Positions 20,221 through 32,400 of a DNA stretch of 64,000 bases are shown one piece after another; the first letter of the stretch is position 1, and each line of letters starts with the position of its first letter. The notes beneath the pieces were generated by a model that saw nothing but the letters and a program-made list of their open reading frames with translations, ran no database searches and was not told the DNA's origin. Origin of the DNA: a bacterium (lineage in GTDB: Bacteria; UBA8248); contig CBDBZY010000064.1 in NCBI GenBank assembly GCA_965213685.1, forward strand, positions 1,312,001 to 1,376,000, given 5' to 3'. A program made the position numbers and the translations under genes.

Positions 20221-21816
20221 CCCCAAGTGCAACGTTAACCCTCCCTTCGCGCACTTTAATAGCCACTGAAATACAAGATCAATATGTTGGAAGTATGCAG
20301 CACCTCGAGGTAAAGAAAGTAGATGTCTAACTTAGCTTCATACGCAAAATGCGCATTTTGGCCCTTGTGTAGCGGCGTAGGGGGAAGTAGACTGCCAAAA
20401 CTAAGATCTTCTCACACGTTTGTAGTATTATATAAACGGTGGACACAGGCCAAAATTTGCAGGGTTCATAGAGAGGGTTGCACCCTGGGATCCTCCCCCC
20501 TGAAATTCAGGTTTGTACTCTAACATCATTAGATTTTAAGCAAGTGAAAGCATTTTGATAGCAGACGGGAATTGGTAGAGCATACGGTTTCCATAGGAAT
20601 AATAGCTACCAGGCTCACTTATAAAGTGTTGGCTTAGTTCATACAAATTTTGGCACTGCAGAAAGCGTTGCATGTTATTGTGACTTAACAATTCTGCAAT
20701 GCCCCCCCCCTCCCCTCCTCCCCCAGCAAAATATAATCCTAACTTGTGTTACAAAAGATTTTGAACTAACTGGCTGCTTAGTACTTCCAAGTCAAGTGTT
20801 TGGTGCAATGTGAGCTGTGTGCCCTTTGATCTAAAATACCAAGGGATTTAACACAGGCTGCCAGCTGTATATACTGTGGCTTACAGGATTATTCTGAACT
20901 CCAGTTAACTCTGTACATGATTATGATGGCATGAGTACACCGTCAGATGGAGTGCAGTGACGTGATCAGTAAATAGGTTTAAGATAAGTCAATGGAGAGA
21001 GTGATATGTACTTCTGACAGCTGTGGAGGACCTGGAGCAAAGATATTGTGAACATCACTTTTCAAACTTTGTGTATACATCTTTGAGCATATAGTGAAGA
21101 ACGGAGCTGGGAATTAATGGATGTGGTACAAGCCATATAAGTAAGAAGTATCAGGATCCCTGAAGTTCCGGATAACTTTCACTTTGAGATACTCTACAAT
21201 GAAGCAGAAGCCATTTTGATCTGAGAGTTGCCATAAATGCTCACAATATCCTTGCTCCTCCACAGTGTCATATCCCTTAGTATAGTTAGACAAGACCAAT
21301 GCTCATCTCCTCCATAGCTGACAAGTGTGTCAGATCCCTTGCTATATTACATCAAAAGCACACAGCTCACTTAACTTGGAAGTACTATGCAGCCAGTTAG
21401 TTCAAAGCCTTTGTAAGTGCGTATGAAGCTATACCAAAATTATCATGCTTAATCGTCTACTTTCTTTACCTCGAGAGGCTGCATACTTCTTCACACATAC
21501 TTCTAACACACGATGTGAGATGCTGCATGCTTCTAACACGTACTTCTAACACACGGATCCTTTGAGAAGAGCGCTTAGTTTTGGCAGTCTACTTCCCCCT
21601 ACGCCGCGACAGAAATGCGCATTCTGCGCATGAAGGTATACCCAAATTATCATGCTTAGACGTCTACTTTCTTTACCTCGAGATGCTGCATATCTACTTC
21701 TAACACACCGTGTGAGATGCTGCATACTTCTACACATACTTTAACACACGGATCCTGTATATCAGTGATGAGTTATGTGAAAGTGCGCGAAGAGAGGGTT
21801 AACGCTACACTTGGGG
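20221..21816. mobile_element. Foldback element with long TIRs
   Basis: CCCCAAGTG..AACCCTC..TCGCGCACTTT..GGGGAAGTAGACTGCCAAAACTAAG is mirrored at 21570-21816. The arms continue inward (~20750-20835 vs ~21345-21415). Confidence 0.8.
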
Positions 21817-21829
21817 TAACTTGAGACTT

Positions 21830-22670
21830 GAGAGAAGTAATTGGGTTCTGTTTCCATATCCTGGTGTTCAGTTGGTTGCGAGTGTTGAGGTGACTCCTGT
21901 TGTAGCAGTGCCATTTTGATGAAATGTATATGTTTGCAAACAGTAGTATGGATTGTTACATCCACACACATGCAGGAGTACATGTGAATGCATACTCTAC
22001 AGCTGGCACATTTCATTTTGCAGTTACATTGTTGGTCTTCCTTCAGTACAGTGTAGTTAACTCCTTTCAGTTGCTCTGATGCTATTTTCCACCCTGTGTC
22101 GTCCTCCAACTGAGAATAGGAAGATTTCGTTTGCATTGCAGCTTTGTGCTTTGAGAAATTCAGTGTGAGTTCTTGCCTCTTTCTACTTTACACAGTCATT
22201 CAAATGTTTTGTCCCATGTAATCTTCATTAATGTAACAATAAGGTGATCCAACCGCCTGTTTTGTTTGTGTTGTAAGTAGACAACCTTTACAAGCCTGTG
22301 AAAGGTTTCCAAGAACATGTTGGTATTCACAGCCGTTTTATGTCTATAACATGGTGCCCATTGCATAAGACGTGTACAGTAGTTGGCCTTAAAGTATGCT
22401 GCAAAGCTTGGTTGTGTCTTTTCCACAAAAGCTAGAGATTGTTGTAGTCTGAAGTCTGCTTCATTTATTTCCTGCAATAGAACCCAGAACCCTGAGATGA
22501 TGGCATCATCTCAGGGTTCTGGGTTCTATTGCAGGAAATAAATGAAGCAGACTTCAGACTACAACAATCTCTAGCTTTTGTGGAAAAGACACAACCAAGC
22601 TTTGCAGCATATCATGGTATACTTCTAGTCTATTTGTGACATTGGATATGAGGTTGTTAAGTGCCTAACA
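21830..22670 (-). pseudogene. MULE/MuDR-type transposase C-terminal half with SWIM finger
   Basis: FAAYFKANY..QWAPCYR..VNTNMFLETFHRLVKVVYL..NRRLD; CxxCRVCIHMYSCMCVD..TVCKHIH. Frameshifted. Confidence 0.8.
22395..22611. repeat. Perfect palindrome, 108-bp arms with a 1-nt spacer
   Basis: 22395-22502 is the exact reverse complement of 22504-22611. Confidence 0.95.
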
Positions 22671-22904
22671 TATTTGCAAAACTGTGTTGTTTTCACCACC
22701 ATTTTGTTCATGTGACTGTCACATGACGAAATGATATTATAATCGGACTATTCCCTGATGATGGAAGATTAATTTTAATGTATATTAGTATGTCCCACTA
22801 GCATGTACCCAATGACAAAAACTTCAAAATTGGATAGTTTTCGATCTCTTCATGTGGCACACTGTACACTAAGATGACATTTTATGCCAATCAATGGAAG
22901 CATC

Positions 22905-23280
22905 CCTAATTGCATTGATGACAGGGTGAAACCTTCACTTGCCAGCACTGCCATAATATATATATGACGGTTACACAAAGGTGAAATTTTGTGCCAATTG
23001 CTTTAGTCAATGGACACATCCTTAATTGTATTAATGACAGAGTCATACTCTCACCTGTCTGCCTAATTTGCATTGATGACAGGGTCAAACCCTCACCTGT
23101 CAGCACCACAAATGGTAGACGTTGACACAAAATTATTCCATATAATATATATGACAGTTACACAAAGGCAAAATTTTATGCCAATTGCTTTAATCAACTG
23201 CAACATGCCTAACTGTATTAATATCAGAGTCATACCCTCACCTGTCTGCACCACAAATGGTAGATGTTTACACAAAAATG
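22905..23280. repeat. Imperfect tandem duplication with ~40-bp subrepeats
   Basis: Two ~160-190-bp units, each cctaattgcattgatgacaggg..ataatatatatgac..ccaattgcttta..agagtcatac. Confidence 0.75.
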
Positions 23281-25470
23281 TTGCCTTATAATATACTTAC
23301 TCTTCTCTTCTATGCTAAATGCTCCACTGAATGACCATGCCTCAGGAATAGTGAATAATAGTGAGGAAGAGGATGGGCTTTAAAGGTGGAAAGTATGAAG
23401 CTTTGCCAGAACCAAACTTGGTTGCCTGTTCATGCATGCTAATTTACAACTCCATGGTACTGTTTCTATACTACTATATTAGTGCTATAGAGTCACAGCC
23501 ACAGACACACTGCATAACCATTACAAGATTAATCCAGATATCAAGGCAAGCTCAAAATACCACAGGTCCAAGGGGCCACAAATAACTCTGTTGGATGTAA
23601 TTGTATGTAGATGTGAAAAATACAGGTTTTGTATAAATTTTACGTGATTGGGTGAGCATGTAAGCAAGCAAGTTAATAACACACTGAACACACAGCATCT
23701 TTGCATTGTTGAGTATTTATACTCACTAGTGGAGAGTCGTTCTATAACTTCTATTGCCTACTGCTAACCCAGACTCATGGCGGCAAACAGCTTGTTACAC
23801 ATGCGCAGATAGATGTTTGTGGTAGACTTGAGCAGGAAACACCACTGCGATTCTCAACCTTAGTTTGTGACTGACAGAAAACTCTGGTCATGACCAATCA
23901 CAGAGGTTTGTTGGTCTTCCTGCTCATGTTATCGGCACTTTCTCCCCCATTCCTTTCAGAATATCCTTCACAACTTTCAGACGAGCTGCAGTTTTGAGAG
24001 CAACCTCACAACCAAGACATTCAGCACCTCTTGCTAACTCCAACATTCTTCGTACATCTCTCTTGGATCGTTGGACTGCTCTTGCTCTCCATGATTGCAG
24101 ACCTGGAAGTTAGTATGTGTGTTTGGGGCTAATAAAATGCTGGCATCACTTCCTGGAACCCGATCACAGTATGACATTTCATAATGGGCAGGGGTCGCTT
24201 GACTCATGCATTTTTTTCATAAAACAGTCCTATACACAGAGTGTACTCATCAGTCAGATCTGTATAATGCTGTAAGCAAGAAGTGGAACCATGTGCAGAC
24301 CTTAATTCACATATATAGGAAGGAGAGTGAACACTGTGGACTCCATAGCCCTTGTGCATGGTTTTTATGTGTTTTTTAATGACCAGACCAAAAGGTGGTG
24401 AGAAAACATTGATCAAATTCCCTGATGTAGATGTACATCTGCTCTAACTAGCAGTTTATCATGACATCATGTTTCCTCTACAAATTATTCCAGGAAGACG
24501 ACAATTATTGGTGTTATGATTATTATTAAGTGCATACTTCATTTCACTTTTGTTATTTCTCATGTGATCAAAAACATGTAAGTGCACAAGTGTTGCTTGC
24601 ACTCATGCATTAAAAAGCAAAAGACATGTGACTGCACACTTTCATATGCATCATAGAAAGAATCAAACATTGATGTGTGGCACCACAGTGGGAGATAGAT
24701 ACTTGCAGACAGGCCACTAACTTGTAAGGTACCTGTCTGGATGTTTCTAACATAGTGACTGTAATGGAGGAGCATGAGGGTATGACCCTGTTATTAAGGC
24801 AATTAGGGGATAACTGCCTCTAACACGTAGTACTGTAGGGGTTAAATATGTATGGTATTTGTCAGATTACATTCCACGTGCGTGTAATTGGCAACTCTGC
24901 AATCTGATAGGATCTGCAACTATAGTTGCAGACGCATAAGTCATTGATGCTAGCGTTCCCTGACCCCTTCCGCGTGTGCGCGATTAGAAGGGTGTGGTCA
25001 GGCTACGCCAGACTAAGATTCTGTCTGTGGGCAAACTGAATGAATTGCTGTACAAACTACAGAAGCAGGGAGAGGGAGGGTAGGCAGGTGTCTTGACGAC
25101 CTAGCGAAGGCTCACTTGTGTTTCAGAAGGCAGCAGAAGAGCTAACACAATACTGGCGATCGCTTCCAAATTTTCACCAGCCACACCTCAATGATATCAT
25201 TCATTGCGCTATCTTGATTTCGGTAGCGGGTACAATGTGGTCAGTTTTCGCAGATCCGGTCACATATATCAGACCGCACGCAGCTAAGGGTATTTTTGTG
25301 CAAACGTAATGGGCTTACCTTGAGTAACACAAAGGTAAGTTTGGCAGAAAATATTGCCTTTATGTATAAAGGCAGCATTGGCGAAAAACAAAGGCAACAT
25401 TGGCATAACATTTTGCCTTTGTATTTTATGCCCAACTATGGTTCTTTATACCCAACTATGATCTGTATGT

Positions 25471-25720
25471 TAGCGTGCAAGAATGGCTCAGTGTGCCACT
25501 GTGCATTTGCGTGCCAGAATATCAATGCACGGTAGCGTTCCAGAATGGCTCACTATGCCAATGTACATTAGCGTGCCACTATGGCAGTGTACAGTAGCGT
25601 GCAGGAATGGCTCACTATGCCACTGTGCACTTGCGTGCCAGAATGGATCACTAGGCCTATGTAAAGTAGCGTGCCAGAATGGCTCAATATGCCAATGTAC
25701 AATACGGTGCCAGAATGGAG
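25471..25720. repeat. ~32-bp minisatellite
   Basis: About 8 degenerate units of agcgtgccagaatggctcactatgccactgtac. Confidence 0.85.
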
Positions 25721-26434
25721 ACGTGTGATCTTCCTCTGTTTGAGGTGGTGTATATTGCAAACACACTTCTTTCGTTTCTGGATTAGTCAAAAAAGCAGTA
25801 GTTGATGTGGCTGGCAGGTTCAGTTTGGTCTATAAAATATGACTTCTGGTAGTGGGTTTGAAGACTAAAAAGGTATTGCAGTACAGCCTACATTGATTGC
25901 AGTGAAATATACAGCAATGAAAACAGGAAATCAGCACAAAGAATGGTTTCCTCCTCTTGATACACAAAATGTGTACAAGTATGTAGTATAGAGATATTGC
26001 AGTATGCAAACATGCACATCATAGTGATTATTCTGTAAATGCATTGTATGCTAAAACGAACAGAGCTGCTACATATTATTTTATATGTTAACTTACCTGA
26101 AGCATTTGGAAAAGAAGACAGCATGTTCACTAAGTATTATGTACACTATGCACACCAAGCGCGGTACTGGATGTATATTGTAGTACTTAGTGCAGTACTA
26201 ATTACATGACATCACTTCCAGCCGGTCTGACTGGCCGAGCCATTCTCAGTGCAAACTTGGAGGGCTGAGCAGTGATGATAGTGCAGCAATGGACTGACAT
26301 AATTGGAGTTACTTCTAGTAAAACTACATTGTACATTTTGTTTGGAGGTACATACAAGCATAGTAGGCATATGCAGAGTACATGTATACAAGAACAGTAT
26401 AGTACATGTACATTATTTATAGAACTGTAGTAAC

Positions 26435-29400
26435 TTAATCTGTAGGAGTCTGTAGAGCATGCGCGCAGTCAGTATAACCCTGCAGAGTAAAGGTAAGTTC
26501 AGGTGAACAGTACATGCAAACTCAGATGTCCATATTCTTCAGAGTTAAATACAGTTCAGACCCCTCTAACCTACTGCTAGTCTGGCAATATTTCTTGATG
26601 TAACACACCAAAAGGTAGACTGAAAGAGGTACTGTATTTCCTCGAATAGACGCCCGGGCGTTTATATCCTTCGCGACTTCGCGGACCCGGCGTTTAAACG
26701 GGGCCGGCGTTTATTTACTTCACGTTTTTCTTGCCCACGCCCACCCACGCTACGTAGCGCACGCCGAGGTCGAAATTCACTTCAGTTCGTGCGACCGTAT
26801 GGCACGTCAAGGGAGTGACAGGCACACTCAATAGCCTTTTACTTGAAGGACACGTCGCAGCATCTCTTCTGTGCCATTGGAGTAGCAGTAGGTGAAGTTC
26901 AGCTATCCCCTTTGAGTCTACCGTGCGGTGCACGTGGACTACGCGCCACGCCCCCAAGCTGGTACCGGGCCTTAATACCCCCGGCGTTTAAACGGGGCCG
27001 GCGTTTATTCGAGGAAATACGGTAGAGTAAGTTACCGAATTTCGGACAACATCCAATGTCGGACACAAACATCAAGGCTTCGGACATGCTAACATGAATA
27101 CAAGCCAAACTTCACTATAGAGTACCTATTAAACGCCTCGCCAGCTTTCCGATTCCAGTCTGTCTGAGAACGAGTTTATTTCTGCACATGCGCAGAAAGC
27201 ACAACAGATCTCGTGCTGTAAAATGGCCTCCTCCAGCAGTGTCCCACTAAGCCGCAGGGTTGCCAGAAGTCGATCTAAAGTGGCTCTTACCGAAGGAAGT
27301 AAGGAAGCGCCCTTGCAGGAGTGCGATGACCTGCCCATGGCCGGGAGCCGGAAAGCCCAGCCAAACCTGGTTGGCCTGAGGAGAGCGTGGACCGAAGAAA
27401 GCATGGAAAGGGCTCTAAAGGAAGTTGGTGAGGGAAAGCTGTCCGTTAGGCGCGCTGCGTTACAGTATGCATTACCCAAATCGACCTTACATGATCGAGT
27501 TACGTGTAAAGTCATCCCTGGTGCTAAGGTCGGAGGGCCACGATACCTTGATGACGAGGAGGAGGAAGAGCTGGTCAACTTTCTGATTGGTGCAGCTAGC
27601 ATCGGCTACTGAAAGACGGTTCAGGAGGTGAAGGCCGTTGTGGGTGCTATTGTGGCCTGCAAATGAGGTTTACAGACTGCAACTGTTAGCCAGGGTTGGT
27701 GGGAGAAATTTAGGTGTCGTAACCCAAAATTCGCTCAGTGCAGAATCTCTTGCTTTTCATCGTTCAGTCTCATTGACCAGAGAGGTGGTCGACACATACT
27801 TTGACCTTCTAGAGGAAACTCTTGAGCAGAACCTCCTATCAAAACCAGCATTAATTTTCAACTGTGATGAGAGTGGCATGCCACTGAATCACAGACCTGG
27901 AAATTGCATTGCCAGGAAAGGACAGAAGCACGTCAATTCCATTGTGTCTGGCAACAAATCCCAGGTCACTGTCCTGGCCTGTGTAAGTGCCATGGGAAAT
28001 TCAATTCCACCATTTGTTATCTTTGATCTAGCAAACCTGAATCAAATGCTAACAGTTGGTGAAATACCCAGAACCATGTATGGCCTTAGTCCGGGGAGTG
28101 GGTGGATTGATTCTCAGCTTTTCCGGGAGTGGTTTGAGCACCACTTTCTCCTGTATGCTCCAGCTGCCCGTCCCCTTCTCCTCTTGCTCGATGGCCACTC
28201 CAGCCACTACCAGCCAGAGGTGGTTCATTTGGCAGCTAGCAAGGGAGTGATCTTGTTTACATTCCCCCCCCCCCCACACCACACATGTTTCACAGCCGCT
28301 TGATGTGACGTGTTTTCACTCCCTTAAGGTGTATTGGGATCAGGAATGCAACAGCTACATGGCAGCTAACCCTGCGAAAGTGGTGACAATATACCAATTT
28401 TCTGAGCTATTTGCTGCTGCATACAAGAGAGCCATGACCAGAGAAAATATCCTTTCTGGATTCAAGAAAGCAGGTGTTTACCCCTTGAACAGACATGTGA
28501 TTGTCATACCAGGGGAGGAACCAGTCAAAAAGGCAACTCCTACGCATGCTCTTGATCTTGCGAGAAGTGGAATAACGTTCTTACCACTATACAGTCCTGC
28601 TACGAAGACCAGACAACCTGAATTTACAGCTGAAGAGGTTGCCAAGTTCACCACTCGTTTTGAGGAAGGCTATGATCTTGACATTGATGAACGCTACCAG
28701 AAGTGATTAGATATTTACAAACCCATGCGACTGTTCGATAAGAGTGAGGATGAGTCTGATGGTGGACAAGAAGTAGAGCCTCTCCAGATTCGCACATCTG
28801 ATAAGGCCTCAGTGCTTCCTCTCACCAGCAAACTGCAAGCAGATGCTGTCAAGAAGGGCTCATCAGTTGAAGCCCCGCCCCCTGTGGTTGAAGAGCCTCC
28901 TAATTCTCTGAACTCCCAGGCCCAACCAGTTGGGAAAGTCCCTGGCAAGTTAACTGAATTCTTGCAGCTTCCTCCCCCCCCCCCCCCCCCTTCTAAAGTA
29001 AGCAAGCCAAAATCTCTGCCTAAAGCTCATGTGCTTACTAGTGAGGAGAATCTGAAGAGGAAGAAAGGCAGAAGAAGGAAGAGATTGAAATGAAGGAATA
29101 GCATCGCCAGGAGAGAGAGGAAAAAAGGCATCTAAAGGAAGCTGAGCGTGGGCATCGAAAGCAGGCACAGGAGAAGGCTAAGCAGAAGCTGCAAGAAGAG
29201 CAAGTAGCACATGACACTGGTGGATCAGAGTGTGCTTTGGGGTCCTGTGAGCATAGGAGGGCAAGAAACGGGGTCCAATGCATTTGCTGTGAACTATGGT
29301 TTCACTGTCTTTGTGTGGATGTATCACGAAAGTTAGCTGAGTCTGAGGGTTATGTGTTTACATGCATAAATTGTACGTATTGAATGCAAAGTGCGATACA

Positions 29401-32400
29401 CTTTCACTTCCGGCATGAGACATATCTGGCTTCCTGTACGTCCGGAAATAACGCATATTTGGCGTTGAGATTGCTCCTAGTAAATGTATATGCGCTGGCT
29501 TAGGTTTGTGGCCTTGAGTTACTCTAACTTTAGGCTATTCGAATCTTGTCTAGCAGCAAACCAGAGTGTTGTGAAAAAACGTACATGCACTGCGTCCGAC
29601 GAAGGAGTACAAAGTCCGAAAAGGGAGACCAACACCAGGTACAATATTTGTAGTTCGCAAAAAACATTGCAGTACCCACTAGCGCTGAGATACATAGAGC
29701 ACAATGTGGAGAGCCTCTGCTATCTGTGCATATGCGAATTGGAATTGAGCATATTTAGGCAATCGACATCTGTGCCATTTTCCAAAAAGTGTCCGAACAT
29801 CAATAACTTACTCTATATAAACACTGGACTTGGGGATTATGTGCTTATGTGTTAGCCTCCCTTCTTAAGCCATAGTGACAATGATCACATGATGGAACAG
29901 AGAACCTAGAATGATAGCCACACATATTCTAGGACCTCATAAAGAACACATGACAACAGGGTATAGCACAAGCAATTATCCCACATTTTGTACATATGCA
30001 GTTTGGCCACTGAAGGCACTGAAACGTCATTCCATTAGCGAGTACTAGTCCAGTGTTTAGAGACTCCCTTAAGGGAGGGCGAGTCATGATTGCATTCTTC
30101 ATCAATTGTGACCGGATCTGCGAAAACCGACCACCTTGTAAAATATGTACATTAGAGATACGGGCGTTTGAACGCGGTCATGTAGTTCTAGACCCAAACT
30201 TTTTTTATTATACCACTGTAATCCTGGGTCCTTTAGCTACATCGTGGTGGAGTTTGACAGTCATCAGCGCTTCCGTTCGAGCGCTATAGCGTGAAACATG
30301 CAGCCTATTCGAGCGCCCTGTTATAGTCTAGTATAGTATACGATGTGCGTTGCTAAGCCAAAGAACATGATCTACAAGCTACGCTAACGACTTGTAGCTT
30401 GCCTAATGGCTATATCGTATGGAGAATCAGCCGATTACAAGTAAACACGAGTACTCGTGTAAAAACTGTAAGTATCGCGGAAGTATACGGACTACGCAAA
30501 ACACGCCCTAGCAACCGCAATAAACGCCCGTTTTCCGGAAAACGCGTGCGTCTAAATTAGCCGACTCTCCGTGCTTCTAAGGACTGTATCTCTAAAACTA
30601 TGCAGGCGATCGCTTCCAAATTTTCACCAGACCTAGACCACACCTCAATGACATCATTCATTGCGCTATCTCGATTTCGATAGCGGGTACAAGGTGGTCG
30701 GTTTTCGCAGATCCGGTCACAATTACTCTACCGTCGCTTTCCCCCTACATTTACCAATGCTAAAATGACAGCAATTCTTTGGTGCGGTTGCAAATTCACT
30801 GGGAAAAAATTCATATTTCCCGCTACCGTTGGATGTGCGGCGCTGAGTCTTGTATTACGTCATTACTAAAATTCAAAGTTGTCCGGACAATATATGGAAA
30901 ACCAACGTGGTACTGACAAAAGATTCCGAGTCCTGTTCTAAATTTAGGGGGAGTATCCAACCAGTGAAGAGGTGGATGCTCACCAAAGGGGAGTGAACTA
31001 GTTTATGCGCAATGGGTTCCTCGAGGCTTGGCTTGCTACTTTACGGCAGAATTTGCTACCGTTTTTCTAAATTCTGCAGCACGAAGAAAACAATTATATA
31101 TGTCTAGAAAGAAAGATTTAGTATGGATTTTTAAAGCAAATGTAGATAGCCAACATGCTTAGTAATCATCCACCGAAGTTTCGTCTCTGCAGCATTAGCC
31201 GTTATTGGCAAATTTTTTTCTATAATTAGCGATATGCATATTGCGTAAATTTTATAATTCTATAAACCGACATATCACGCAAAACTACATTATTTCGCTA
31301 ACAGGCATCATTAGGAGAATACAATAAAACATAAATCAGGCAAAATTATGTCTTAGGGTCGTCCTCCCTTAATTAGCAACTAATGCACAATAATTTGACA
31401 GGTTTAGAAATGTGTACCAATTCAATGCTGTAGTGCAGAGGTGTTCTGTTCTTCTTGTCCTTTAGTGCTACACTTGCTCCCCTTGAAAGAAGTATCTTCA
31501 AAATATTAGGCCTGTTTTCCATTACAGAAATGTGCAGTGGTGTGCATCCACATTGGTCTTTGAGGTTAAGGTCACAGCTATGTATACAAAAAGAGCAAAA
31601 TAATTTCTGACTTCTGACAGAGTTTATTTTTAGCCTCATACCCAGGCGCCTCCCACAAAGCGGTGAGAGGGCCGGTACACACTGTGTGCTCATGCGTGTA
31701 ATATCCCCACTTCTTGGGGGATTTGTAATTATTACTAGAGATACGTATACGCAGTAAATAGCCTCGCGCAGTACACGCAGGAAGCCTGCAGTGGGAGTAG
31801 GCCGTCGTAGGCGCCTCGACTAATCTCCTCGGCGAAAAGACCTTTATAAAGCCGGCCGGAATCACGGAGACGGCCGCTCACATGCAGGAAGCCTGTAGTG
31901 GGAGTAGGCCGTCGTAGGCGCATCGACTTAGGTGGCTCTAGCTAGCTCTAGCTCTGGGCGCGGGCAGTGACATTCCCAAGCCGTTACACTGGGGCACGTG
32001 CACATACGTTTTCGCGTAGCGCACGAAATAATTGCATTCCTAAGCGTGACGGATACATACATACATACATACATACATACATACATACATACATACATAC
32101 ATACATACATACATACATACATACATACATACATACATACATACAAACTACTTGCGAGATGCGATGCAGAATTAGTTGCCTTGCTAAGGCGCTCGGCAAT
32201 TAATGGATATTTACCGTAGATTTTGGTACGTATACTAACCGTGTACATTCGTGTCACGAAGGTGATTGTCTGAAGTGTTGTCTTCGAATGATGCGCAGTT
32301 TGCCACAGCTGTGTCGTACGCTCTATAGAAGGTTGGGAAAGCGGGAATTGTGCTCAAGCCTGAGCAGCTACAAGCTATACGTATATGATGGGAGAGATGT

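Noticed and set aside
25471-25720. CRISPR-like regular repeats
   Set aside because: Contiguous degenerate ~32-bp units with no unique spacers and no cas genes, in a eukaryotic context; this is a minisatellite
31928-32257. ORFs rich in YVCM/IHTY
   Set aside because: Translations of the (TACA)n microsatellite; the same applies to the CVCV ORF at 14999-15253
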